DNA from: the human T2T-CHM13v2.0 reference genome, Homo sapiens
NCBI RefSeq assembly: GCF_009914755.1
Contig: NC_060932.1
Length of the DNA stretch: 64,000 nucleotides
Reading direction: 5' to 3' (one strand)
A program made the translations under genes and the position numbers. This document shows positions 13,886-26,945 of the stretch, piece after piece; position 1 is the stretch's first letter, and each line of letters opens with the position of its first letter. Under the pieces are notes generated by a model. That model had not been told where the DNA came from, searched no databases, and was given only the letters and a program-made list of their open reading frames with translations.

Positions 13886-14329
13886 TTCATGCTACTGTAC
13901 TCTAAAAACTAATTATATCTTACCAGTGATTGATGGTTAGAAAAGTAAGCTAATATAAATTTCCATCACCTCGTATAGAAATTTCTAATTATCCCTCTAG
14001 ATTGTAAACTTCTTGAAAGAATAAAACATTTTCTGTGTCATATTCAGCCTATCCCCATTGCCTAGAACAATACTCAGCAAATGACAGAGACTCATTAGAA
14101 ATTTACTGAATGATAATTATATTTAATTGTAATTAATGCAAAGTCTGTGTTTAAAAGCATGTATGAGATGAAAGGGAAGTAGCCGGCTTCTCAGTTCATT
14201 TGGGAACAATTTAGGGATTTTAGTTGATTGTCTACTTAATGTTGTCAATATTGTGACATGGTGGTTAAGACAGATATAGATAAAAGGCTATGGTCATTGA
14301 CAAATAGTGCAGAACACAGGCAGAAGAGC

Positions 14330-14834
14330 TGTGACAGAGTGTATTTTTCCAAACAGTATCTCTCATCCCACACGCTTTCTTACAATGTGACTTTGACTTT
14401 TGACACTCCTCCCACTGACAGGTGGCGGTCTATGTTTCTACCCCTTGAATCTGTGTGGGTTTGTAACTATGCAGAAGTATGACCATTTGACTTGCTAGGC
14501 CAGATCATAAAAGGCCATACAACTTCTTCCAAGTTCTCTTGGGATACTCACTCTTGAAATCCATGATGTTACATCAACAGCTCCAATTGAGGTCTCAACT
14601 GACAGCCAGCATGAACCAGATATGTAGGCAAACAAGCTTTCAGATGATTTCAGCATTACCCATTAAGCCTTAAAATGTCCCCAGCTGAGGTCCCAGAGAG
14701 AATAGGCAAGCCATTCTTCTGTGGTCCTTTCAAATTCCCGACCCACAGGATCTATTTGCAGAAAAAAATAGTTTTTGTTTTATGCCACTAAAATTTGGGG
14801 CAATTTGTTACGGCAGCCATTGATAACTGGAACA
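14330..14834 (+). mobile_element. MLT1 (MaLR) solo LTR, MLT1H-like
   Basis: tgtgacagagtgtattttt...cctcccactgacaggtgg...ttttatgccactaaaatttggggcaatttgttacggcagccattgataactggaaca. Confidence 0.82.
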
Positions 14835-14934
14835 ATAAGGAAATAGATATGTAAATTGTGCTGTATTTACTCAATGAAATATTATGCTGCCACAATTAGA
14901 AGAGTTCATATTGAATAGAATGTTTATTATTATT

Positions 14935-15600
14935 ATTATTCATTTATTCATTAAAGAAACATTTTTGAGCCTACTATGTGCTAGGGGATGTCTGAGGATA
15001 CAACACTGACCCAAACAAAGTCCCTACTCAAAGTCCTCTCCCTGGCCTGTACATTTTGATGTCTCTCATTATTAAGTCCTCAGTTTTTGTGGTTTTAACC
15101 ACTGACGATGTTCAAAATTCTATCTTCAGCTCTGACCTCTATCTTGAGCTTCACATCTGCATATTAAATGCTTACCTGCTGTCACAAGTCGGCTATCCCA
15201 CAGGCACCCTAAACTTTAGTCAGCGTCACTAACACCTACACATGGTCCTGCACCAGCAACCTGGGAGTTATTGAAGATTTCTCTCTTTCCTCTCATCTCC
15301 CACCGCGTGACAACCTTGGCTCTACAGCCACAGAAGCCACTGAGCTTACGTCCACATTATCTGAACCCACATTATCTGAACCCATCCCCTTTTTCCATCC
15401 CACTGCCACTGCCTGGGTCTATGTCATCATTTCTTTCTTGGGTCCCCAAAGCAGTCTCCTAATTAGTCTTTCCACCACCAGGAGCCTCAAATTCCTACCA
15501 TACAATGCTGTTATAATATTTTTTCATAACATACAAATATAATTGTTACTATCATGTTTAAAATTTTTCACTTATCCTTCTTCAGAATAAAGTCCAAGAT
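14935..15600. mobile_element. L2 fragments
   Basis: cattcattaaagaaacatttttgagcctactatgtgctagg; tctatcttcagctctgacctc...; cagtctcctaattagtct. Confidence 0.6.
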
Positions 15601-16499
15601 TCTTATCACTAACATATAAATAGAAGGAAGTTACAGAACAGCATGCAGAGTATGATCCCACTTTCTAAACATATATAAACATACTCCCACATATATGGGT
15701 ATATGTATGTTTATATATGTATAAAGTTACTGGATGTTCAATAAAATGTCAACAGGTGTAATCTCAGAGTGAAAGATTTCAGATGATTATTTTTTTTCTT
15801 TGTGCTTGTATGTACTATTTTAATACATACAATATCAAAACCCTTATCAAAAAATGAACGTTTCATTTTTACAGAAACAAGAAAACATTAAAAATATTAA
15901 AGAAAGAGACTCTTTGATATCCAGTGTTGGCCTGTGCAGCTTTGCAGTTTCCCTTTCTTCTCCCAGTCCCTGACATCATGTTGATCACTTTCATTATCTC
16001 AGCAAATTTGCTCTCCAAGAGCCTCCAGTCCCTCAGACATCCAGCTTCTGATCCCTACACACTTACCAGAGTTCAAGTCAGTTATCACTTACAAGAAGCT
16101 TTTTCTACCCAGTCTCTTCTCTAAGCTCCTATGTTGACTTCTACCACCACCTATTACACTGCTCCATAACCATCTATTGGCCTCCATCATTATAGTCAGT
16201 CCTACACACCAAGGTATCCACAGAACCCACCACAAGGCTAGCATACTGACAGCATTCAATAAAATGTTTCTTAAGGAACTCAGTGAAATACTATTTGGGG
16301 GAAACAAGAGAGGTCAGTGGCAAAGGTTTTGGCATTCTACTGCTTGGGTTCAAACTTCTAGTTCTGTCACTTTCCAGCTGTGTAACCTTAGAAAAGTTAC
16401 TTAACCTCTTTGTACCTTAGTTGTGACATCTATAATATGAAAATAGTAACTATGTCATAGGGTTGTTGTGAAGATTAAGTGATATAAAGTGTAAACAAG

Positions 16500-17275
16500 T
16501 TCCACTGATGGCTTCACTACTGAATTCTATCAAACATTTAAAGAAGAACTAATACCAGTACCACTCTAACTTTTCCAAAAAATTGAAGAGAAGGGAAACT
16601 TCCAAATTTGTTTTATAAGGCCAGCGTCTTCCTGATACCAAAGACCAGTAAAGAAAATTACAGACCAATATTCCTGATGAACATGGATGCAAAAATCCTC
16701 AACAAAATATTTGCAAACAAAATTGAACAGCACATTAAAAGGAGCATTCACCTTGATCAAGTAAGATTTATCCCTGGGATGCAAGGATGGTTCACCATAT
16801 GCAAATCAAAAACTGTGATATATCACATCAGAATAAAGGACAATAACCATATGATAATCTCAACAGATGCAGAAAAGTTATTCAACAAAATTCAACATCC
16901 TTTAAGGATTAGGAAAAAAAACTCTCAAAAAATTAGGTTTAGAAGGAATGTACCTCAACACAATAAAGGCCCAATAGGACAATCTCATAGCTAAAGTCAC
17001 ATACTCAATGACCTATAATCTTCTATGAATTATAAGGAAAATTTCCACACAATGGAAATCCTATCATCATGTCATTTGTGAAAACATGGATGAACTTGGA
17101 AGACATTATGTTTAGCGAAATAAACCAGACACAGAAAGACAAATACCTCACTTATGATCTCACTTATATATGGAGTATAAAAAAGACAAACACATAGAAA
17201 CAGAGAGTAAAATGAAGGTTACCAGAGGCTGGGGTGGAGTGGCGAGACTGAGGAGATGGCAGTCAAGAACGCAAA
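16500..17275 (+). mobile_element. L1M(A) fragment: ORF2 RT segment joined to the 3' end
   Basis: Translation [54 protein letters not shown] is L1 ORF2 RT; from ~17045 catggatgaacttggaagacattatg is the ORF2 end and 3' UTR. Confidence 0.92.
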
Positions 17276-17538
17276 CTAATAGAGCTTGAATATTGTCTTT
17301 TTCACACTCTGCTGTACTCACACGAAATATTTTCAGTTATTGTAATTTCTATTTTTAGTGATCCTTTAGAATTATAGTTTTACTAAATGTTTCCTTAGCA
17401 AAATTTCTGACTTGATAAATACCTGTTATATAAAATGAAAGGGAAATGAAAGCAACTGAATTTAACAGAATTAAACAAAATTGAATTGAATTGCAAAATA
17501 TGCAAAGGTATTAAAGTACTTAAATGTACCTATATTAC

Positions 17539-17557
17539 TGTCACTAGGGGGAGCTCA
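17539..17557 (+). promoter_or_regulatory. CTCF-like motif
   Basis: TGTCACTAGGGGGAGCTCA closely matches the CTCF core CCACTAGRGGGCRC, in non-repeat sequence. Confidence 0.5.
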
Positions 17558-20059
17558 GCACTTAATTTGTATTCTAAAAGCGTCCACCCTGCTGGCAAAC
17601 AAAACAGCAGTTTGTATCCCATTGTGCTGTGTGAGGGGCTTCTAAATAAACTAACAGCATTATTTTCCTAGAAAATGAAAGCAACTGAATGCATTAGCTC
17701 TCATGCTTTTCACGGTATTTGAAGCAAGTATAAATGGTTCGTCTCTGTGGCGCCACTGTCAAAATAACACATACACTTCTTTGAATGTAGCTCCAAAATG
17801 GCTCATGCTTTTTGCAATGGTCCAAGATGGAACAGAGGAATAAAGATTAGAACACGATGCATGAAATGTGCTTCAGCACATAGTTCTCAGTGGGAGAGTC
17901 TATGCACGTCAGACAGCAGAGTAACCACAGGAACAAGATCTGAACCTCAGGAGATTCTCCACCTTTAAATCTGTATCATTATTACATGTGAACTTCTTAT
18001 AAGTATACTTCTTACAATAGATGCCTTTTTTATAAGCAAGGGAGACCTCTATTTTGTCGCCGCTCCTTATGGCCAAAAGCCATGAACTTTGGACTCAAGC
18101 TGTTCTTTAAAAAGATTAGATGAGATGTTTAAAAGACAGTAAACCTTTGCCATGTCCTGGGGCTGACAGATTTTGAACAAAAATAAAAGACGGAACTGGT
18201 TTTCATGGGAATAATTGAATCAAATGAGCCTGTAAATAAAATTAAAATAATAACATCACATATTTTTTCACAAGCCTGATTTCTAGTGAAGAAGTTAAAA
18301 CATAATAAAAATAAGAGATCCAGGCATTCCTTTCTACTTTCCCAGACAAGAGCCAGTAAATACGAGCCTCAAGACACCCCAAACATGGCTATGGGCAAGG
18401 CCTGAGAGGAGGTGTTGAAATTCATGAAATCACAGACGTAAAATCTGGAAGGAACTCCAGAGTAACTATCTAATGCTCACCTACACAGAAGTCCCTCATG
18501 CCACCTCTGATCCCTGTGCCTTCTTGGGCAGTTGTGCTGTTCACATAGCGGGAAGGGGATCCCACCCTGTGTTCAGGCAGCCTCATCCCATTGGATGTCT
18601 CTACTTCTGCCAGAGAAACTCTTCTGTCTTCAGAACTGGAATTTCCTGCTGTACAACATCATACTTTTATTCTGATTCTGCCTTTTAGCAGAAGGTTAAA
18701 AAGTCTCTTTTGTTCTCGGGGAAGGTGTTGAATATAAACATGGACACAAGTCCTCCCCAGCTACTACTTTCTTTTCCCCAGTCCCATGCCCCCTCTCACC
18801 AAGACTTTTTATATCCAGCCAAAATATTACAGGCTTAATGACTTTTTAAAATTAAAATGTACTTTTATCATTTTTCCCTTGGTACAAAACTTTGGAGAAA
18901 AATTAGAAAATTCAGACGTGCCAAATGAAGAAAATGACCTTACTGCTCAGAAGTAATCTTAGTTATCTGATTTCCTATGTCAACATATATCTCTTTATTA
19001 AATTTTTTTCATAAAATAGGATATTATTGTTTTCAGCTCTTTTTCATATAATCAATTAATAAATTACCTACAACCACATTTTTAAAGCTGAATAGTTCTC
19101 TACTGGGTTTTGTACCATATTTATTTAAATAATTCACTACTGTGGGATATTTAGGTAGTTTTGAATTTGGGTTATTAGAACAATCACTAAAAAATTATTG
19201 TAGATGCATTTTTTGCAAGACACTTGTATTATTTTCTTCCATATTCATTTGCTAAACTAAAATTTCTAGTTTTTAGCGGTTAAACCTTTTAATTCAAAAG
19301 TAAAAATATGTTCTTTATTTCCACAACAACTTCTTATGAAACGTAGTCCAACTCCATCACTGTCCTCATCGACTTCAAAATTGTAAAAAGTGTACCTCTC
19401 TTTGGACACTTTTTCTGAAAAGCTGCCTCTCTCCCTCAATATCATTTTGTCAAAGAGGTTACCTGAGCTCCTGGATTAGGTCTCTGTTATAAAGCCTCAT
19501 CACACCTTTTGCTTGTCCTTCATGGTATTTTTCATTATTGTAACTAAGTAGGTGATACTATGATGATTTATTTAATTCCTGGCCTGTTAGGTTCACAAAA
19601 GTAGAAACTATGTCTGCTATTTCAGTGACTAGCAAAAAAATATGTACTAAATAAAACACTTATTGAATAAATGGAAATATTTCTATATTTTAGAGCAGAG
19701 TGTATGTAGACCAATGAAGTCTACCACCTCTGGTGAATAAGAAATATGATTTAATGTTCTATATTCACAGTCCTTATTCTGCAGGGCTGGCAGAAAGTTA
19801 TATTGAGGGTTTCTACATCTTGTCACCTCACCTCCTGATGAGTCATAGTTTAGGGATTTTTCCACACAGGGCATTGAAGAAGTCCTTCTGGTCGTTGACC
19901 ATCTGTCCACAGACATCACCTGGCCACTTTTCCTCTCTACATGGCCTCTTTAGGTCTGTGGCTTTTCACAGCTTCTGTGATATGTCTGGGACATGCTGGT
20001 GGGGATGCAGGTATTTTATTTAAGGTAAATAAAAGCTGGCTGAAAATTTTTTGTTATCA

Positions 20060-20270
20060 CTCCCTAGCTGTTCTAGCCCAGGTGCTTAATATGTGAGTGA
20101 AAGGTCTTCAGATGACTCTTCCCTCAGCAACCATCCAAATGCAGGTATACAGGAAACGTTAAGCAGAAACCACCCAGCTGAACCCATCAACCCCCAGAAC
20201 AGTGAGAGATAATAATACGTCACTAAGTATGCAGTAGTATGATATATAGCAAGAGACAACCAGAATACAC
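20060..20270 (+). mobile_element. MLT1 LTR 3' fragment
   Basis: cacccagctgaacccatcaacccccagaacagtgagagataataa...gcaagagacaaccagaataca. Confidence 0.7.
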
Positions 20271-20855
20271 CACTTGGGAATATAATTTGACAATATTAAA
20301 ATTTTTAATTAATATATACTTTAACTCCAGAATTTCATATATTTACTCTATAGATATACTGAAACACATACAAAGTAACATGTCACAAGATATACATTGT
20401 AGCTTTGTTTACATTAGCAAAAGACCAGAAATAATCTATATGTCTCCACAGAGGACAGGTGAAATACGGTCTGGTAAAGAGAAACAATGGAATATGCTAT
20501 TTAAAAGAATGATGAATCACAGTATACACTAATATGAAATCATATGGAATAATCCCCAAGTTATTTGTCATTTTCACAGCAAAGTGCAGGACCATATGTT
20601 TAAGGTGCAATCATTTGTACAATAAAAATAATATGCATATGTATACCTATGTAAATGCATGGAAAATCTCTAGAAGAATACATAAGAAAACGAGTAACTA
20701 TTGTCTCTGGGAAGGGGACTTGGACATCTGAAGGACAAGGAGTGAGAGAACAACTTTTCATGTAAACTTTTTCAACTCTGTGCTATCAGCACATATATAT
20801 TACCTGTTCAAATAACTTTCACAGAAATGACCTAGTTACACCAGTACACTATCTT

Positions 20856-21168
20856 CTTCTTTTTCTTTTTTTTTTTTTTTTTTTTTTGAGACAGAGTCTT
20901 GCTCTGTCACCCAGGCTGGAGTGCAGTGGCTTCTGTCTCAGCTCACTGCAACCTCCGCCTCCCAGGTTCAAGAGATTCTCCTGCCTCAGCCTCCCAAGTA
21001 GCTGGGATTACAGGCATCCGCCACCACGCCCAGATAATTTTGTATTTTTAGTAGAGATGGGGATTCACCACGTTGGCCAGGCTGGTCTCAAACTTCTGAC
21101 CTCGGTGATCTGCCTGCCTCGGCCTCCCAAAGTGCTGGGATTACAGGCATCAGCCACCGTGCCCAGCC
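20856..21168 (-). mobile_element. AluS
   Basis: T-tail then gagacagagtcttgctctgtcacccagg...cagccaccgtgcccagcc; inserted in a MIR. Confidence 0.96.
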
Positions 21169-21417
21169 ACTATCCTCATTTTAAAGATGAGAAAACTATG
21201 CTTTGAGAGCTGAGGTGATTTGTTCCGCGTGTGAGAGCTAGCCAGTAACAGAGCAAGGTCTGGAAATGACTCCTCAAGTGGAGCTCTTTTGCTTGGCTAG
21301 AATCCCTTAAGTTTATGGCTTTTTAGTAAGTCATTTCTTTTAGCATTTCCAAAAAGTACATTTTTCAGCCTGTTCTACTTCCAGACTAAAGTCCCTTAGA
21401 ACTAAATATACTTGTGT

Positions 21418-21915
21418 TGTATTAGTTTCCTATTGCTGCTGTCACAAATGACCACAAACCTAGTGGCTTGAAACAACTCAAATTAATTTTCTTACAGTTC
21501 TGGAGGCCTTAAGTCCAAAATGAGTCTTACTAGGATAAAACCACAACATTGCTAGAGCTGCATTCCTTCTGGAGGCTCCAGGGAAGAACCTATTTCCTTG
21601 TTTTGCCCAGCTTCTAGAGATGGCGTGCATTCCTTGGTTCACGGCCCTGTTACTCCACATTCAAAGCGCATCACTCTGACTTCCACTGGCCCATTTCCTT
21701 CTTTGATCATCTTTGATCTTCCTGCCTCCCTGTTTTAAGAATGCTTGTGATTATATTGGGCTTACGTGGATAGTACATACAGGATAATCTTTCCATGTCA
21801 AGATCCTTAATTTAATCACACCTGCAAAGTCCCTTTTAAGATGTAAGGTAACATTCATAGGTTCTGAGGATTAGGATATGAAAATGTTTGAGAAACCATT
21901 ATTCAGCCTACCACA
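21418..21915 (-). mobile_element. MLT1C-like MaLR solo LTR
   Basis: tgtattagtttcctattgctgctgtcacaaatgaccacaaacctagtggc...attcagcctaccaca. Confidence 0.88.
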
Positions 21916-23112
21916 TTAGACCTAAGTTTAGGGAAGTCTCATAAATGCTGTCTCAGTTTCTCCATCTATAAAGAAAGAATAAGAATGCTACCTATTTTGT
22001 ATGGTTATTTTGCAGATTACATAAGTTAATATATTTAAAGAGCATGGAACACTGCCTGACACATTGGAAGCACTGGATATATGTTATCTGTAATAGTAGT
22101 TATTGTTTACTGACCCTCTAGTTGATAGCATGTTAGAGCCTTTCATCAAGAGGATTAATAATCTCTTATTTCTTCCTTTAGATCTAACATATGTTAAGAA
22201 TATAAAAAAGAGGCTTTTACTTAATTTTAGCAAAACACAGTGTAACAAAGTCAGTTTTGAGGGAAATAACACACTCAACAGATGAATAGAATTAATTTAG
22301 AATAATAGCTAACATTTTAGATCGTATCTTCCATCTGTGCATTTTCAAGTCTATAACATACACAGGGAGCCCTTGTAATCAATCTGAAGTGTTTGCTGAG
22401 ATTTACTACTTTCAAGGCTCTGTGCAACAGGGATACAAAAGACAGAGACATTTCAGGTTATCCTGGATTTTAACAGCTGAGATAGGTGAATCTCAAGGAG
22501 ACCAACTTGCAGAGTGTCACACAGCCAGAACTGGAGCTGAGAATGTGACTCAGAAGATGAACTATAAACAGAAAAAAAAATGGGAAAGACACTGCACTAT
22601 ATATTATATGTGCTAAATGACTATAAGTGTGAAGAGATTTCAGATTAGGAAGAATCCATTAAGATGGATGGATCAGAAAAAGCATCATTAAAGAAATGCG
22701 TAACTTTTGGATACAGAGAGTAAAGAGAGAGAAGGGAAAAGATAAATTTTGAGTGTGAGCCAAGACACAGAAGAAAATATCACAGAAATGTGCTGGAGAA
22801 AGTGTGCATTGAGTATTTATTTGTAACGAAGAGCAGAGATGGAAAGCAAATGACTTCTCCATAACTTACACTGTGGGGCGAGGATGGAAGAGAACTACAT
22901 GTGGGAAGGGAGGCTTTTGGCCAACTCTTCAACAGTGCAGGGTAAGGTCCGCAGGATGTCCCATCTCCCAAGCCATTCCTGATGCAGCAGGAAGCCAAGC
23001 AACAAGTGGCCAAAATAGTTCATTTTAGAAGACGGTAGAGACAAAGTTGTCTTTCTTGAAGCTTGAGACATTATGTAAGCTCTGCTTCTTGATATTACAA
23101 ATACATGTACCT

Positions 23113-23445
<333 letters not shown>

Positions 23446-24430
23446 CACCCCCCAAAACAAAAACAAATACACTTACTTACAAGGTAGAGTTCAACATGAA
23501 AGCTAAGGCCCAGGAAAGTTTGATAACTAATCTTCAAAAGACATGTAATTACTATGATTATTGGACATTTAAAAAACGCTGAGAACTGTGCTATCACTTG
23601 CTTTACATATATTAAGCCCTTTTAAAACCCCCCTGAGGTAGGCATTATTATCTCCATTTCACAAAATGAGAAGCCAGAAAGACAGCCAAGAAGTTAGCGT
23701 TCATCCTCTACACAACTGCACTGAGCGCCTCACATTTCCCACCCATGGCAGCCTCTCTCCATTCAGTGGTGGATTCTGGACAAATGAAATAAATTCTTCC
23801 CTGGCTTGTTTTTGTTTCTTGAAAAATATTGCAAGACATTTCTGTAAACTGACTGACAAAGTCCCAGAAAGAGAAATGTAATAAATGCTAGATAATCTCT
23901 ATGTTGAGTAACCTCAAGACCATGAAACTTGATTCCTCTACATCTGTACTGAGAAGATGGCAAGGAGAGGGGAGAATGGCGGCAGCATTTCCTTTTCTTT
24001 TTGCTTCCTCCAATCAGTTACGGCTGAAGCAAGCAATCTTTGTCTGAGGTGCATACTAAGAAGTTGGGAAAGGTTTGGGATAGATCACAGATGAGTCAGG
24101 AACAATTCTATCTCTTATTGCCAGGAAGAAATAGCTGAGCACAGGTGGGCAACCTAAGCCCCATGTAATTCTGTTACAGCTAAGAGGACCCAGAATGTCT
24201 GGGCCATCAGCTTATTGATTGCTACCTCTAATGCTAGAAGAAATGAGTGTTTTCTCTTTGAAAAAAATTGTTGAAATGCATTTAAAATTTTAAAGAAATT
24301 CTTCCCCACACTACCCCCACCCCAACTCCTTCCCTTCCAAAGCAAAAGTTCCCAAAATACATGGCTTTGTGATACACTTAGTGTCTCAGTATTTTTATCA
24401 TACGCCTCAGGCCAAAAGAAATACCTAATA

Positions 24431-24735
24431 GGCCAGGTGCGGTAGCTCACACCTGTAATCCCAGCCCTTTGGGAGGCCGAAGTGGGCGGATCACCTGAGG
24501 TTGGGAGTTTGAGACCAGCCTGCCAACACAGTGAAACCCGTCGCTACCAAAAATACAAAAATTAGCCGGGCATGGGGGTGCATGCCTGTAATCCCAGCAA
24601 CTTCACAGGCTGAGGCACAACCATGGCTTGAACCCAGGAGGTGCGGGTTGCAGTGAGCCAAGATCACGCCACTGCACTCCAACCTGGATGACAGAGTGAG
24701 ACTCTGTCTCAAAAGAGAGAGAGAGAGAGAGAAAA
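24431..24735 (+). mobile_element. AluS with (GA)n tail
   Basis: Full dimer; TSD aaaagaaatac(c/a)taata. Confidence 0.96.
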
Positions 24736-25667
24736 GAAATACATAATAGTTAGGTTTATTAGGAAGTTAGGGCCAATTTAATTTGACAAATAAATACATA
24801 TGTCTTATCAAAGTAATGGCCATTTGAAAAAAATCAGATACATAAATAAAAGAAAAAATTATACTGTCATTGTGCTCCTAAAGGGCCTCAATTACTTACT
24901 GAGGGGATATGTGTGCTGGCTGGGGATTGGACAACTTCTCAAACCTCAGACACCACCACCCTCAGTTTCTGCATACACATGGATTTTTCTAAGGGTAACT
25001 ACTTTTTATCAGCAACTGCTTTTGTTTCAGCAACAGCTGAAAACCCAACCTCACGAAAATATTACAGGAGGATTAGCATGAACTAATTTTAAAACTGAAC
25101 TATTTTGAGCTTGGAATTTACAAATAACACTGTGATCCCCCGTGAATTCATTGAGGGTGCTAAGGCACACAGTTTGGGATCTGTGATGGAAAGTTAAGCT
25201 ACTGAGGTTGAAGTCTTAGAAGAGTACATGAAGTGGAACTTCCCCATTTTCTCAGTATTTGCTTGTTTGCCCCGGGGAACACATGTTCTAGAGGAGAACA
25301 CAAAAAGGAAGTAGCAGCCAGGGGCTGAGATCCACCAGGTGCTGTTCTTTTAGTCTGATCCTTAGAGAATCATCCCTGCCAAGCTCTCAGAACCACCACT
25401 GCTTGCCCCTGTCTAGCATGGAAGTGGTGATTTTTTAATCAGGCTGTCTCTTTTCATTCATATAATCCTTTCTTAAAAAAACAACTTGATGTTGTAGGAG
25501 GAGAGCTAGATTTACAGATGACTGGATTGGGGCCCTTTTTCTACCACCTCATAAGTAACCTTGGGCAGGTCACTTATTGTTTCCAAACTTTAGTTCTGAA
25601 GGTAATCCCTTTCCGCGTGCAATCCAATATTTTAGTCATAACTATATAACACATTTGAATGAGGTAA

Positions 25668-25858
25668 AATTTCTCTAACTCACTGTGTATAAGAATCATT
25701 TGAGAGCCATGTTTAAAACGCAGAAACCTAGGCTCAATTCTCAAATATTCTCTTATAGCAGGTCTAGGATGGGACCCAGGGATCTGCTCTTTTAACAAGC
25801 AGCTCCCCCCACCCCCCAGTGACATAGACTCAGGTAGGTTAGCAGTTGAGAAACATTA
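25668..25858. mobile_element. MER5-type hAT DNA transposon relic
   Basis: agaatcatttgagagcc...aggtctaggatgggacccagggatctgctcttttaacaagc...gttgagaaacatt. Confidence 0.7.
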
Positions 25859-26024
25859 GTAAAAGGTATCGTTTATTTAAATAGTTGCATGTATATAATT
25901 TCATCCTCTCAACTAACCTTTTAAAGTAGCTGGACTGGCATTATTTTCATTTTATAGAAGAAGAAACTAAGATTGTAAAAGTAGGATGATGGTGGCAGCC
26001 CCAGATCTTCTGTGCAGGTAGGGC

Positions 26025-26038
26025 GTTGGCATGGCAAC
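26025..26038. promoter_or_regulatory. RFX X-box-like motif
   Basis: GTTGGCATGGCAAC, one mismatch to the palindromic GTTGCCATGGCAAC. Confidence 0.45.
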
Positions 26039-26789
26039 CTGGCCACAAAGCTGGAGAACTGGTTTTGTAGACACCATTGCATAGCAGGTACACTATTTCA
26101 CTCAGATTGGATGGAGCTTGAGGCTGCTGATGGCCTCTCCCAAGGCCCCACAACTCCCAAGGTCCTTGGCCCTATTCCATTAAGAGGCTTACCTAACTTT
26201 CTCTCAGTCACTGTGAGGCAGAGTTCGAACCAGAGCCAGAACTCCTAGTCTAGTTCTCTAACCCTTACTGTCTCACACTGACACTACGTTTGTTTTTGGA
26301 AATACAATATCTGTCTGAATTTATGCTATCTTTTTAGTTAACACTCTGCCCTTAGTAAATATAGAAAAGTAATGTATTCTTCAAAAGTAAGGTATTTAAT
26401 CAAGGCTTAGAGAACTTTTTTCCTAGACATTTACTTTGCCTACCCTAGGAGGAGTCACTAATCAATATTATTGTTATTAAAGTAATAGGATTAATACAAG
26501 ACCCACTTTACTGATCTTTCACTCTGGGCCAGGGAGTATGCTAAACCCTTTACAAACAATATGTCTAATCCTTACATCAGCACAATCAGAAAAATGTCAT
26601 AGCTTCATTTTAAAGATGAGGGACTGAGACTCAGAGAGACCAAATAACTTAAATTCACATGGCTTCCTAACATCCATAGAGTCATCATTTACAACCAGGT
26701 CTCTGGGATTCTAAATTCCTGATATTTCCTCTGTATCACTCCGCCTCCTTGTGTTAGTAGACATTATTCTAATGATCAGAGAGACTGAA

Positions 26790-26945
26790 CTTGTCTTATA
26801 TATAACATACCTAATACGTAAATGTCTGTCCACTAAACTGCATATTCCTTGAGGACAGCATGTCCTACTCATTTTTGGATTTCGCATACCTAACAAAGTG
26901 CGTGGCACACAGCAAATGCTCAATAAGTGTTTAATAAATTAAAAA
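26790..26945 (+). mobile_element. L2 3' end
   Basis: ctaaactgcatattccttgaggacagc...gtggcacacagcaaatgctcaataagtgtt. Confidence 0.75.

Noticed and set aside
15352-15384. 15-bp tandem duplication ccacattatctgaac
   Set aside because: Simple slippage duplication within an L2 relic; no spacer structure.
16608-16994. 128-aa ORF with reverse-transcriptase motifs
   Set aside because: Degenerate LINE-1 ORF2 fragment with frameshifts; not a novel RT system.
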